The notes: generated by a model from the letters alone, not told the origin. Positions 10,100-18,086 are shown, counted from the stretch's first letter. The stretch: 64,000 bases of DNA from Thermoplasmatota archaeon (GCA_035526765.1 DATLBS010000016.1:8681-72680); one strand, 5' to 3'. Translations and numbers: made by a program.

Positions 10100-10196
10100 G
10101 TTACGTCCCCCACGAACCACAGATTGCACAGAATTCACAGAACGTCGGAATCTGTGTCATCGGTGGAATCTGTGGTTCGGTCGGGCGCGTAACGCC
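10100..10196 (-). promoter_or_regulatory. array of CACAGA(A/T)T direct and inverted repeats upstream of truD
   Basis: On the coding strand: CGAACCACAGATTCC..ACACAGATTCC..TTCTGTGAATTCTGTGCAATCTGTGGTTCG. The 13-nt arms GAACCACAGATT / AATCTGTGGTTC are inverted. Confidence 0.4.
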
Positions 10197-10484
10197 TCAG
10201 TTCCGCTTCTTGAGCTGGGCCGCGAACTCAGTCTCGAATCCGTCGAACTCGGCGATGAGGTTCTTGACGGTGCGCTTGAGGACGACCTCGGGCTTGGCCT
10301 TGCCCTTCGTGCGCAGGAAGATCTTCGGGGTGGAGAGGCTCGGGTGCTCGATGATGTACTCGGCGAAGTCGACGTCCTTGTCCGCCAGGAGCGCCTGCTT
10401 GATCGGGTTGAGGAGGGTCTCGTTCTCGCCGAGGACCTCGATCTCCATCTCGGTGGCCGTGCTGGAGAGGACCTTGAGCTGCAT
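10197..10484 (-). CDS. rpoL: DNA-directed RNA polymerase subunit L (Rpo11)
   Basis: 95 aa, MQLKVLSSTATEMEIEVLGENETLLNPIKQALL...EHP, a typical RpoL/Rpb11 dimerisation fold. Confidence 0.85.
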   Translation of the reverse strand: MQLKVLSSTATEMEIEVLGENETLLNPIKQALLADKDVDFAEYIIEHPSLSTPKIFLRTKGKAKPEVVLKRTVKNLIAEFDGFETEFAAQLKKRN

Positions 10485-10504
10485 AGGGCGCGCGACTTGG
10501 GGCT

Positions 10505-10524
10505 TTTATTTAAGCATGGAGGTC
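10505..10524 (-). promoter_or_regulatory. TATA-like box for rpoL
   Basis: The AT-rich gcTTTTATTTAAGc lies about 25-30 bp upstream of the rpoL start and is unique in the GC-rich neighbourhood. Confidence 0.45.
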
Positions 10525-11076
10525 GGCGGCCTCCCTGGCCTTGCAGCCGCGGGGGTCGTTTTCCGTGCCATTCCACCCCTTCAGGCCTTGGAAGAGGATT
10601 GGAGGGCCTCCACGCGGTTTTCCGAACATGTCGGGTCTTTGGGAGCGTTTGTGACTTGGCCTATGTTTTCCGTAGTATGGTACGGCTCTCCCGCCCACCC
10701 CGGGCCGTCTCCCCGGCGGCTACCCTCCTGGAGCCCCTTTCCGCCCTTGCGGTGGACTGCAACGTGTGCCACGTCCGCGGGGTCATCGACCTTGGGCCGA
10801 TGGAGGCCGGGCGCCTCGGAACATCCTGGGAATCGTTGGGCTGCGTCTTCACGGAAGGCTGCATCGGGCACGTTTGGCCCGAGGCCCTCAATTAGGCCGG
10901 AAGTCCAGGTCGGTTCAGGCCTGCCGCTGCCGGTCGTTGGCCCGCTGGGTAGACTACGTGCCCCGTCTCGGGTCCCTTTGCCCCAGGCCTCCACTTGCGT
11001 CGTGGCTGTGGCCGGCGTTCCGGGCCTGGGGGAAGAGGGAGAGAGGGCGAGGGTGGAGGGAGGGTGAGGAGGTTCC

Positions 11077-11679
11077 TCAGGCCTGGACTTCGAGGCGGCG
11101 GGGGGCCTCGGTGGGGACCAGCTTGGGCAGCGTCACGGTCAGGACGCCGTCGGCCAGGCGCGCCTTGCACCCGGAAGGCTGGATCTCTGCAGGCAGCGGG
11201 ATGGTGCGGCCGACCGGGGTGCCCGTGGCGCGCTCGGTCTGGAGGAGGACCGGCGGGTCGACCTCGCTGCTGGGCAGGACCTGGACCAGCAGGACCCTGT
11301 CGTGGCAGACGACGTAGGCCTGCTCGGCCTGGATGCCGGGCAGCTCGATGCGGACGACGAAGCTGGTGCCGTCGTCGGCCAGGTCGTACAGCGGGGCCCG
11401 CGGCGCCTTGAACTCTGCGTTGCCGGGCAGCGGGTAGCCGATGGCGGCCGTCGGCCACGGCGCATTCCACTGGGCGGAGTAGGGGGCGTACTGCGTCTGC
11501 AGGAGCGGGTTGAAGACGACGTTCTGCGGGGCGTGGCCGAGCACGTTGTAGAGCGAGTTCTGGGCCTGCGCAAGCTCGACGCGGGCCATGTGCAAGGCTT
11601 CCGGGCTCCGGGGGTCGAGGATGCGGACGGGGGCGCTGCGGCGGATCTCGGCCTGCTTCTTGGTGGTGGTCTCCTGCAT
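11077..11679 (-). CDS. small heat shock protein (Hsp20/alpha-crystallin family)
   Basis: Internal ATG MQETTTKK. The ACD core reads FVVRIELPGIQAEQAYVVCHDRVLLVQ...GVLTVTLPK. The purine tract on plus at 11033-11075 is a pyrimidine-rich terminator on the coding strand. Confidence 0.75.
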   Translation of the reverse strand: MQETTTKKQAEIRRSAPVRILDPRSPEALHMARVELAQAQNSLYNVLGHAPQNVVFNPLLQTQYAPYSAQWNAPWPTAAIGYPLPGNAEFKAPRAPLYDLADDGTSFVVRIELPGIQAEQAYVVCHDRVLLVQVLPSSEVDPPVLLQTERATGTPVGRTIPLPAEIQPSGCKARLADGVLTVTLPKLVPTEAPRRLEVQA

Positions 11680-11864
11680 GGTGGTCACGTTGGGCGCGGG
11701 GCCCAGCAGGGCCACCGGAGCGGGGTATTCATCTTCCACCAAAACCAAACAGGTCCGTCGCACGTGCCCCAATGGAAAGCGGCGTGGCAGCCCAGCCGAG
11801 CCGAGGGAGACATCTGGAACGAGGGGGCGGAACCTGGAGCTCCGGCGGCCTCCTGCCCGGAGGT

Positions 11865-12431
11865 TCAGACCTGTCCGCTGCCGTAGTCGTTGGCCAGCTT
11901 GCGGTAGACGACCTGACCCGTCTCGGGGTCCTTCAGCTTGTTGCCCTCGCGCACGAGCTGGTTGCCGCTGGGGCCGAAGGCCTTGATGCAGCCGAGGTCC
12001 ATCTTGTCGGTGGCCAATTGGGGGCCGCCCTTCATGCCGATGACCTTGGCGCGGATGTAGTCGCCCGTCTTGTATTCCTCGTCGACGTACTTGATGTAGC
12101 GCGCGTCGATCTTCGACACGTGCAGGGTGCCCTCGAGGGGGAGGTGCACGCTGCGGCCCTCCTTGCCGCGGACGGCCATGATCTTGACGGAGGCCAGCGC
12201 CTCGGGCTTGATGTACGTCACCATGCCGACGACGACGTCGCCCTTCTCGCATTGGGCCACGTTCTTGCCCAGGGGGGTCACGCTGAGGGTCATGGTCTTG
12301 GGGTCGACTGCCTCGGTGCCGTAGAGGGCGGCCCGGATCTGGGTGCCATCGTCGTAGGTGCCGGTGCCGGGCAGCATCTCCTCGGAGTATGCCAGGGGGG
12401 TGCCAGGCTCGACGGGTCTGCGGTCGCTCAT
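11865..12431 (-). CDS. csl4: exosome complex RNA-binding subunit Csl4
   Basis: S1-like domain followed by a Zn-ribbon region (GDYIRAKVIGMKGG...CIKAFGPSGNQLV). Linked to rpoL, a conserved archaeal arrangement. Confidence 0.8.
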   Translation of the reverse strand: MSDRRPVEPGTPLAYSEEMLPGTGTYDDGTQIRAALYGTEAVDPKTMTLSVTPLGKNVAQCEKGDVVVGMVTYIKPEALASVKIMAVRGKEGRSVHLPLEGTLHVSKIDARYIKYVDEEYKTGDYIRAKVIGMKGGPQLATDKMDLGCIKAFGPSGNQLVREGNKLKDPETGQVVYRKLANDYGSGQV

Positions 12432-12583
12432 TGGCCTTGCGACACGGCCCTTGTTGAAAAACTACGCCGCCCGGCCTGACCCCAGATTTTCACAGAGTTC
12501 ACAGAGGCTGGCTTGGGTTCTGTGAAAGCTGACCCCGTTCTGTGAAATCTGTGAAATCTGTGGTTCGGTTGGGACGAAACCTT
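12432..12583 (-). promoter_or_regulatory. array of TTTCACAGA / TCTGTGAA repeats upstream of csl4
   Basis: On the coding strand: CCGAACCACAGATTTCACAGATTTCACAGAACGG...TTTCACAGAACC...CTCTGTGAACTCTGTGAAAATCTGG. Shares the CGAACCACAGATT head with the truD upstream region. Confidence 0.4.
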
Positions 12584-13261
12584 TCACCGAGTCAAGACAC
12601 GGACGCCATCGTCCCCGGCGATGTACGCCGCGTGGCACAACCCAAGGAAGAGGCCGCACGTCACGACGCCAGGGAACGTCTCGAGGGCGGCCTCCAGCCG
12701 CTCCGCGTCGACGATGCTCTCCCACTTGGAATCCAGGATCCAGTTCCCGTTGTCCGTGACGAAGGGCTTGCCGTCCTTCTGCCTGAGGGTGACCTGTCCT
12801 CCCAGGTGCTCGACGTGGGCCTGCACGGGGGCCTTGCCGAACGGCAGCACCTCGATGGGCAGGGCGAACGTGGATCCGAGGTGCTCGACCAGTTTTGCCG
12901 CGTCGGCCACCACGACCATCTTCCTCGAGACCCGGGCAACGACCTTCTCCCGGGTCAGCGCGCCGCCGCCGCCCTTGATGAGCCGGAGCTGGGGGTCCAC
13001 CTCGTCGGCGCCGTCGATGGTGAGGTCCAACACGGGGTTCTGGTCGAGGGTCGCAAGGGGGATCCCCAGCCTGCGCGCCAGTTCCTCCGAGGCCAAGGAG
13101 GTGGGGATGCCGGTGATGCGCAGCCCCCCCGCGACCTTGCGGCCAAGCGCCTCGATCGTGTAGCGGACCGTGCTGCCGGTGCCCAATCCGACCACCATCC
13201 CCTCGGTGACCAGCTCCGCGGCGGCCTCCCCCGCCTCGCGCTTGAGCGCCTCCCGGTCCAT
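12584..13261 (-). CDS. rpiA: ribose-5-phosphate isomerase A
   Basis: Internal ATG MDREALK. Carries the motifs VGLGTGST, IDGADEVD and LIKGGGGALTREK. Confidence 0.9.
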   Translation of the reverse strand: MDREALKREAGEAAAELVTEGMVVGLGTGSTVRYTIEALGRKVAGGLRITGIPTSLASEELARRLGIPLATLDQNPVLDLTIDGADEVDPQLRLIKGGGGALTREKVVARVSRKMVVVADAAKLVEHLGSTFALPIEVLPFGKAPVQAHVEHLGGQVTLRQKDGKPFVTDNGNWILDSKWESIVDAERLEAALETFPGVVTCGLFLGLCHAAYIAGDDGVRVLTR

Positions 13262-13358
13262 GCGCCCGCCAGCCCGGGGCGACGGAAAAGACGGGCCGGT
13301 CCGCGCGGCCTGTTCAAAGAATGACAAACTCTTCAAGGGGGTCGGGGATCCGCTCCGC

Positions 13359-13979
13359 ATGGCCCTGCGTGCCCTGGCCCTGGTTGCCCTCTCTGCCCTC
13401 CTGCTTGCCCCGGTCGTTTCGGCCCACCAGGCCGCGTACTCCGTGGACAACAAGTACCGCTTCTCCGTCGGGCACCTGAACGAGCCCATCACGACCTACG
13501 TCAAGACCGGGCTGGACCTGAGCCTCAGCCTCAACGACGCCGCCCGCACCGCGGTCCCCCAGCTCAACCCCGGCAACCTGACCGCCACGCTGACCGCCCC
13601 TGACGGCAGCACCCTCAGCCTCCCCCTGCAGAACCAGTTCGGCACCGTGAACCACTTCACCTTCACGGAGCCGTACGTCCTCACCCAGGGCGGCGTCTAC
13701 CGCCTCAAGGTCACTGGCAACGTGTTCGGCTCCGCCGTCGCCTTCGAGAACGTCGCGGTGGGCAGCACGACCCCAGTCCCCGCCATGTCCAACGTGACCT
13801 TCCCCGCCTCCAAGGTCGCCAGCAACCTCGAACTGCAGGACGAGGTCGCCGCCCTGAAGGCCCGCATCGCCGCCCTTGAGTCCGCCCCCAAGGCGAAGGG
13901 CGCCCCGAGCCTCGATGCCATGCCCGCCCTCGTGCTGCTGCTGGCCGCCGTGGCCGTCGCCACCCGCCGTCGCGCCTAG
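13359..13979 (+). CDS. secreted protein with a signal peptide and a C-terminal TM+RRR anchor (PGF-CTERM-like variant)
   Basis: Signal peptide MALRALALVALSALLLAPVVSAHQ. C-terminus ...APKAKGAPSLDAMPALVLLLAAVAVATRRRA. Confidence 0.65.
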   Translation: MALRALALVALSALLLAPVVSAHQAAYSVDNKYRFSVGHLNEPITTYVKTGLDLSLSLNDAARTAVPQLNPGNLTATLTAPDGSTLSLPLQNQFGTVNHFTFTEPYVLTQGGVYRLKVTGNVFGSAVAFENVAVGSTTPVPAMSNVTFPASKVASNLELQDEVAALKARIAALESAPKAKGAPSLDAMPALVLLLAAVAVATRRRA

Positions 13980-14100
13980 CCGCACCCCGAAGCGCTGGCC
14001 GCCCGCACCTGCGCCCGGTACTTGCGCGCGCGCCGCCCCATGAGCTGCCTGCGTGGCGTCCCCCCGCAAGGCCTATCGGCCGAAGCCGGCTGCGCGCCGC

Positions 14101-15630
14101 ATGGGCCGCGCGACCCTTTCCCTCTCGATCCTCCTGCTGCTGGCGCTGGCCGGGTGCTTCGGCGCCGGCACGACGCCTACGACCTCCGGGACCGGGGCCC
14201 CGGGCGCCCAGGCGGGGTACCGCCTGGACTGCGGGCTCAGCAACTGGAACGAGACCTGCCTCGTGCGCGCAAGCCCCAACGACTCGCCCAGCAAGTCCGA
14301 GATCGACGTCGCCGTGAACCCCGCGGACCCCCGCAACGTCTTCGTCGCCAGCAAGGACCTCGACCGCAAGGCCTCCACCTGCGTGTGGGCCGTGGGCCAG
14401 TACACCAAGGACGGGGGACGCACCTGGAACACGACCTACCTCGGCGGTCTCGCGGCGGAGCGCGGGCCAGCGAACCCCCTCTACGGTTGGCACTGCATCA
14501 CGGACCCCATCCTGCAGTACGAATCCGATGGCACGCTGCACTACTCCCTGCAGGCGTACGAGTACAACCCCGCGAACCTGCCGTACTTCCAGGACCCGAC
14601 GGGGCTTGCGTCGCTGCCGCCGACGATGGGGTACATGTTCCACGCCATCAGCCACGACGGCGGGGCCACCTTCCCGACGATGTTCATCCAGCACGTGGGC
14701 GATGCCGGCTTCGTCTACCACGATTACATGCGCATGGGCCGAAACCCCCGCACCGACACCGTGTTCACGATCTGGAACCAGCTCAGCCCCGGCGCCGGCT
14801 CCGTGCCCGTCGTGGTGGCCGTGAAGCATGGCCAGACGGTCGCCCAGCCCCCCTACTACTTCCCCAACCTCTCCAATGCCCAGGACGCCGAGGGGCAGGG
14901 CATCAGCCTGGGGGAGTCCGCGGTCGTGGGCGCAAGCGACGGCACCGTGTACGCTTGGCTGTCCGGCTTCAACTCGGGGGGCCGCGCCGTCCTCTCCCTC
15001 TCCAACGACGACGGGGCCACCTTCACGCAGCCGCGCCAGGTGTGGAGCTTCACGCCCATGGACGACCTCAATGGCACGGAGTTCCGCACCGGCACGAGCG
15101 TGGAGCTCGCCGTCGACACCTCGGGCGGGCCCCGGGATGGCTGCCTGCACGCCGTGTGGGGCGGCAAGGAGGCCGGCACCGTGGGACCCAGCGACATCTA
15201 CGCGCGCTCCAGCTGCGACAAGGGCGCCACGTGGAGCGAACCCGTCCTCGTGAACGCCCTCCACCGCCAGGACGGGCAGTTCATGCCGCGCGTCTCGGTG
15301 GACGGCCATGGCGCCGTGCATGCCGTCTACATGACGCGGGCGTACGACGAGGCCCACCACCACCTGTGGATCGACGCGGAGCACGCGTCCTCCACGGACG
15401 GCGGGAAGACCTGGGCGCAGCGGCGGCTCACGGGGGTCAGCTTCGACGGCGACCTGGGCGTGCACCAGGACGGTTTCCCCTTCATCGGCGACTACATCGG
15501 CATCTCGAGCGTGGGGGACCACACGTGGATGGGCTTCCCGCACACGATGACGGGCCGGGCGGAGATCGCGGTGGCGCACGTGGTGCACGACGACGACGGC
15601 TCCGGCATCGACCACGGCGCCCACGCATGA
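14101..15630 (+). CDS. lipoprotein with BNR/Asp-box repeats (sialidase/glycosidase-like beta-propeller)
   Basis: Lipobox LLLLALAGCFG. Repeated S-x-D-x-G-x-T-W/F motifs (TKDGGRTW, SHDGGATF, SNDDGATF, SCDKGATW, STDGGKTW). Confidence 0.7.
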   Translation: MGRATLSLSILLLLALAGCFGAGTTPTTSGTGAPGAQAGYRLDCGLSNWNETCLVRASPNDSPSKSEIDVAVNPADPRNVFVASKDLDRKASTCVWAVGQYTKDGGRTWNTTYLGGLAAERGPANPLYGWHCITDPILQYESDGTLHYSLQAYEYNPANLPYFQDPTGLASLPPTMGYMFHAISHDGGATFPTMFIQHVGDAGFVYHDYMRMGRNPRTDTVFTIWNQLSPGAGSVPVVVAVKHGQTVAQPPYYFPNLSNAQDAEGQGISLGESAVVGASDGTVYAWLSGFNSGGRAVLSLSNDDGATFTQPRQVWSFTPMDDLNGTEFRTGTSVELAVDTSGGPRDGCLHAVWGGKEAGTVGPSDIYARSSCDKGATWSEPVLVNALHRQDGQFMPRVSVDGHGAVHAVYMTRAYDEAHHHLWIDAEHASSTDGGKTWAQRRLTGVSFDGDLGVHQDGFPFIGDYIGISSVGDHTWMGFPHTMTGRAEIAVAHVVHDDDGSGIDHGAHA

Positions 15631-16523
15631 CCCCTCGACCCTCCTCCCCCAAGCGCCCCGCGAAGCCTGGCCGGACGGCTGGGGCACCGGCCAAGGCCGC
15701 CGGAGGCAAGGCCGGCAAGGCCGCCCAGGAATCCGTCAAGCGCACGGCCAAGGCGACCGCCAGGCCAGGCGGTGGCGCCAAGGCCGCGAGGGCGCCCCGC
15801 GCCCGCAAGGAGGGGCTGGACGAGGCGGTCATCGCGAAGCTGCTGCCGTACCTGCGCGCCCTTCGGGGCTACACGCGCCTCAAGGCGGACGGCCTCGAGA
15901 ACGTCCCGCGCGGTCCTGCCATCCTGGCCGCCAACCACACGGGCTGGCTGGGTCTCGACTACGCCCTGACCGCCCTCGTGCTGCATGACGAGGCAAAGCG
16001 CACGCCGCGCGGGATGGTGCACTCCGCCTGGTTCGGCAACCCCGTGACGGCCCGCTTCGCGCGCCAAGTGGGGCTCAGCAGGGTCTCCAAGGAATCCATG
16101 GCGCAGGACCTGGCGGACGGGCACCTCGTCATGGTGTTCCCCGAGGGCGAGAAGGGGGCGTTCCGCATCGCCAGCGACTACGAGGTGCTGGAGTTCGCGC
16201 GCGGCTTCGTGCGCGTCGCGATGGCGACCCAGTTGCCGGTCGTCCCGGTGGCCGTGCTGGGCGGGGAGGAGTCGAACCCCGTGGACCGCACCATCAAGGG
16301 TTACGAGGAGATGCTGAAGCTGCAGTTGCCCGTGCCTCGCAACATCCTGCCCAAGCCGGTGAAGTGGCGCATCCGGTTCCTGCCCCCCATCGCCTTCACG
16401 GATTACACGGCCGCCGACGCCGACGACGCGGACCGGGTGCACGCCATCGCGGAGGACGTGCGCACCCGCATCCAGCGCGAGCTGCGCAGGCTGCAGAAGG
16501 AACGCGGGCACCCGTACATCTGA
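15627..16523 (+). CDS. PlsC-family 1-acyl-sn-glycerol-3-phosphate acyltransferase-like protein with a Lys/Ala-rich N-terminal tail
   Basis: ATGA overlap with the upstream gene. NHTGWLGLD (NHxxxxD) and FPEGEKG (FPEG) acyltransferase motifs. N-terminus reads PAKPGRTAGAPAKAAGGKAGKAAQESVKRTAKATARPGGGAKAARAPRARK. Confidence 0.75.
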   Translation: MTPRPSSPKRPAKPGRTAGAPAKAAGGKAGKAAQESVKRTAKATARPGGGAKAARAPRARKEGLDEAVIAKLLPYLRALRGYTRLKADGLENVPRGPAILAANHTGWLGLDYALTALVLHDEAKRTPRGMVHSAWFGNPVTARFARQVGLSRVSKESMAQDLADGHLVMVFPEGEKGAFRIASDYEVLEFARGFVRVAMATQLPVVPVAVLGGEESNPVDRTIKGYEEMLKLQLPVPRNILPKPVKWRIRFLPPIAFTDYTAADADDADRVHAIAEDVRTRIQRELRRLQKERGHPYI

Positions 16524-16529
16524 CGCAGG

Positions 16530-16600
16530 CCACGAACGCTCCGCGCCCGATTCTGGACCAACGACAGTCCAACACGTCCTTGGACGACGGGGGCGTCGAC
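16530..16600 (-). repeat. intergenic repeat family, copy A
   Basis: The reverse complement reads CTGGTCGACGCCCCCGTCGTCCAAGGACGTGTTGGACTGTCGTTGGTCCAGAATCGGGCGCGGAGCGTTCG. It matches copies at about 32395, 40570 and 53655. Confidence 0.6.
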
Positions 16601-16786
16601 CAGAACCATGCCATTTGGTGTGTGGAGCGCACGGCCCCGCAAGGTGTTGACAGGTTGCGGCGGCGCGGCTTCGCCGCGCCCCCATGCCATCGCCAGCTGG
16701 AACAACGCGCCGCCGGCCACACACACCCATGGACGGGGACTCCTCGATTTTCGGGCGACCGATGGCTCGCAGGCGGCGACGGTGCC

Positions 16787-17695
16787 TTACTTGTGGCCCC
16801 TGAGTGCCGTGGCGACCTGGCGATGGATGGTGGGGCTCAGCAGGAACCCCCAGTGGTGCATCCACGGCACGCGGACGTTGCGGGCCCCCGGGTGGCGAAG
16901 GATGGAGTTCTCCGCCGGGATGATGACGCCGTCCACGGGGCTCCAGAAATTGGTGGCCTGCACGCCCTCCGGGACGTCCTCGCCCAGCTCCCGCAGGAAC
17001 TCCGCGCCGGGCCGCACCTGGGCGGCGATGCGCAGCACGGGCAGGACGTACGAGAAGTAGGTGCCCTGGTGCGGCGAGCCGAGGAACACGATGTGGCCCA
17101 CCCGCTGCGCGCCGCCGAGGAACTTGAGGTAGTAGCGCGCGACGATGCCCCCCGCGCTGTGGCACACGAGGTCCACCTTGCCGGGGGCGGGGGAGACGGC
17201 GTCGACCATGGCGGAGAGGTGCTGGGCCGCGATGCGGATGTCCCCCAGCAGGGAGTAGGGCAGGCTGACCTCGGCCACGGAGAAGCCCTCGTGCTCGAGG
17301 CGTCGCCGGAAGAGGTTCCAGTAGAGGTGCCGCTGGCCCAGGATGCCATGCACCAGCAGCACGGGCCGTCCGGTGCCCTGCAGGCCCGAGCCCTTGGCCC
17401 GGGCACGCACCTGCCGCTGCTTGCCGCGCTGGACCGCCTTTGCGACCCTGGCCGTGGCCTTCGCCGCCTTGGCCGTGCCCCGTGCCGTCGCCTTCGCCGC
17501 CTTGGCGCTGCCCCGGGCCGTGGCCTTGGCGGCCTTCTTGGCGGTCCGGGCTTCGCCCACGACCCCATCATGGAGGCCTCCTGTCCATGAAGGGCCCGGT
17601 CCGTTCCGCGGGCAGGCTAATAGGGGAGCTTCCCTCGCGTTGCCGCCGATGGCCGACGCCGCCAAGCCCGCGATCCTCGCCGAGACCCGCTTCAC
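16787..17695 (-). CDS. alpha/beta-hydrolase lipase (class 2, LipA/PGAP1-like) with an N-terminal AKATAR-type basic repeat tail
   Basis: Core RPVLLVHGILGQ...VDLVCHSAGGIVARYYLK closely resembles the Bacillus LipA nucleophile elbow (VDIVAHSMGG..YYIK). N-terminus reads TAKKAAKATARGSAKAAKATARGTAKAAKATARVAKAVQRGKQRQ. The start is uncertain and may overlap the divergent 17649 gene. Confidence 0.75.
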   Translation of the reverse strand: MKRVSARIAGLAASAIGGNAREAPLLACPRNGPGPSWTGGLHDGVVGEARTAKKAAKATARGSAKAAKATARGTAKAAKATARVAKAVQRGKQRQVRARAKGSGLQGTGRPVLLVHGILGQRHLYWNLFRRRLEHEGFSVAEVSLPYSLLGDIRIAAQHLSAMVDAVSPAPGKVDLVCHSAGGIVARYYLKFLGGAQRVGHIVFLGSPHQGTYFSYVLPVLRIAAQVRPGAEFLRELGEDVPEGVQATNFWSPVDGVIIPAENSILRHPGARNVRVPWMHHWGFLLSPTIHRQVATALRGHK

Positions 17696-18086
17696 GGTCC
17701 GCGAGGGGCTGGCCTACCGCGCCATGCGAACGGGCGCCATCTGGATGAACAAGCTGTTCTTCGGCGCCCTCATCCTCCTCGCCATCTGGCTCCTGTACGG
17801 CTACACGGTGGGCACGCAGTCCTGCGTCGGGGGGCTCCCGGCCGCCCCCACGAACGGCACCGTGGCGGACCACGGCACCACCCAGAAGTGCAGCATCCTC
17901 CTCACCGAGACCTCCGTCTACCTCGGCTCCATGGCGCTCCTGACGTTCGCGCTCTCGCTGGCCTTCGGCATCCTGGGGCTCGTCGTGGGCAAGCAGGTGC
18001 TGCGCATGGCCCCTGCCGACTCTGAACCCGGCGCCGGGAACGGTGGCGCGGGTGCAGGCGACCTCCCGCCGCCCCCCTCGCCCTAG
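17649..18086 (+). CDS. small membrane protein (2 TM), hypothetical
   Basis: Internal ATG MADAAKPAIL. Hydrophobic helices LFFGALILLAIWLLYGY and LGSMALLTFALSLAFGILGLVVG. Confidence 0.5.
   Translation: MADAAKPAILAETRFTVREGLAYRAMRTGAIWMNKLFFGALILLAIWLLYGYTVGTQSCVGGLPAAPTNGTVADHGTTQKCSILLTETSVYLGSMALLTFALSLAFGILGLVVGKQVLRMAPADSEPGAGNGGAGAGDLPPPPSP

Noticed and set aside
10485-11076. RNase P RNA or SRP RNA in the hsp20-rpoL gap
   Set aside because: Only weak, partial resemblance was found (GGCCGGAAGUCCAGG versus P4 GGAAAGUCCGGG; GGAAGGCUGCA versus the helix-8 motif). The other universally conserved motifs are absent. It is kept only as an unassigned candidate ncRNA region.
13711-15687. 658-aa minus-strand ORF, plus 14022..16523 in its upstream part
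   Set aside because: It is antisense to the BNR lipoprotein gene. The long plus ORF 14022..16523 is real only from the internal ATG at 15627 (the PlsC-like gene); its upstream part overlaps the lipoprotein in another frame.
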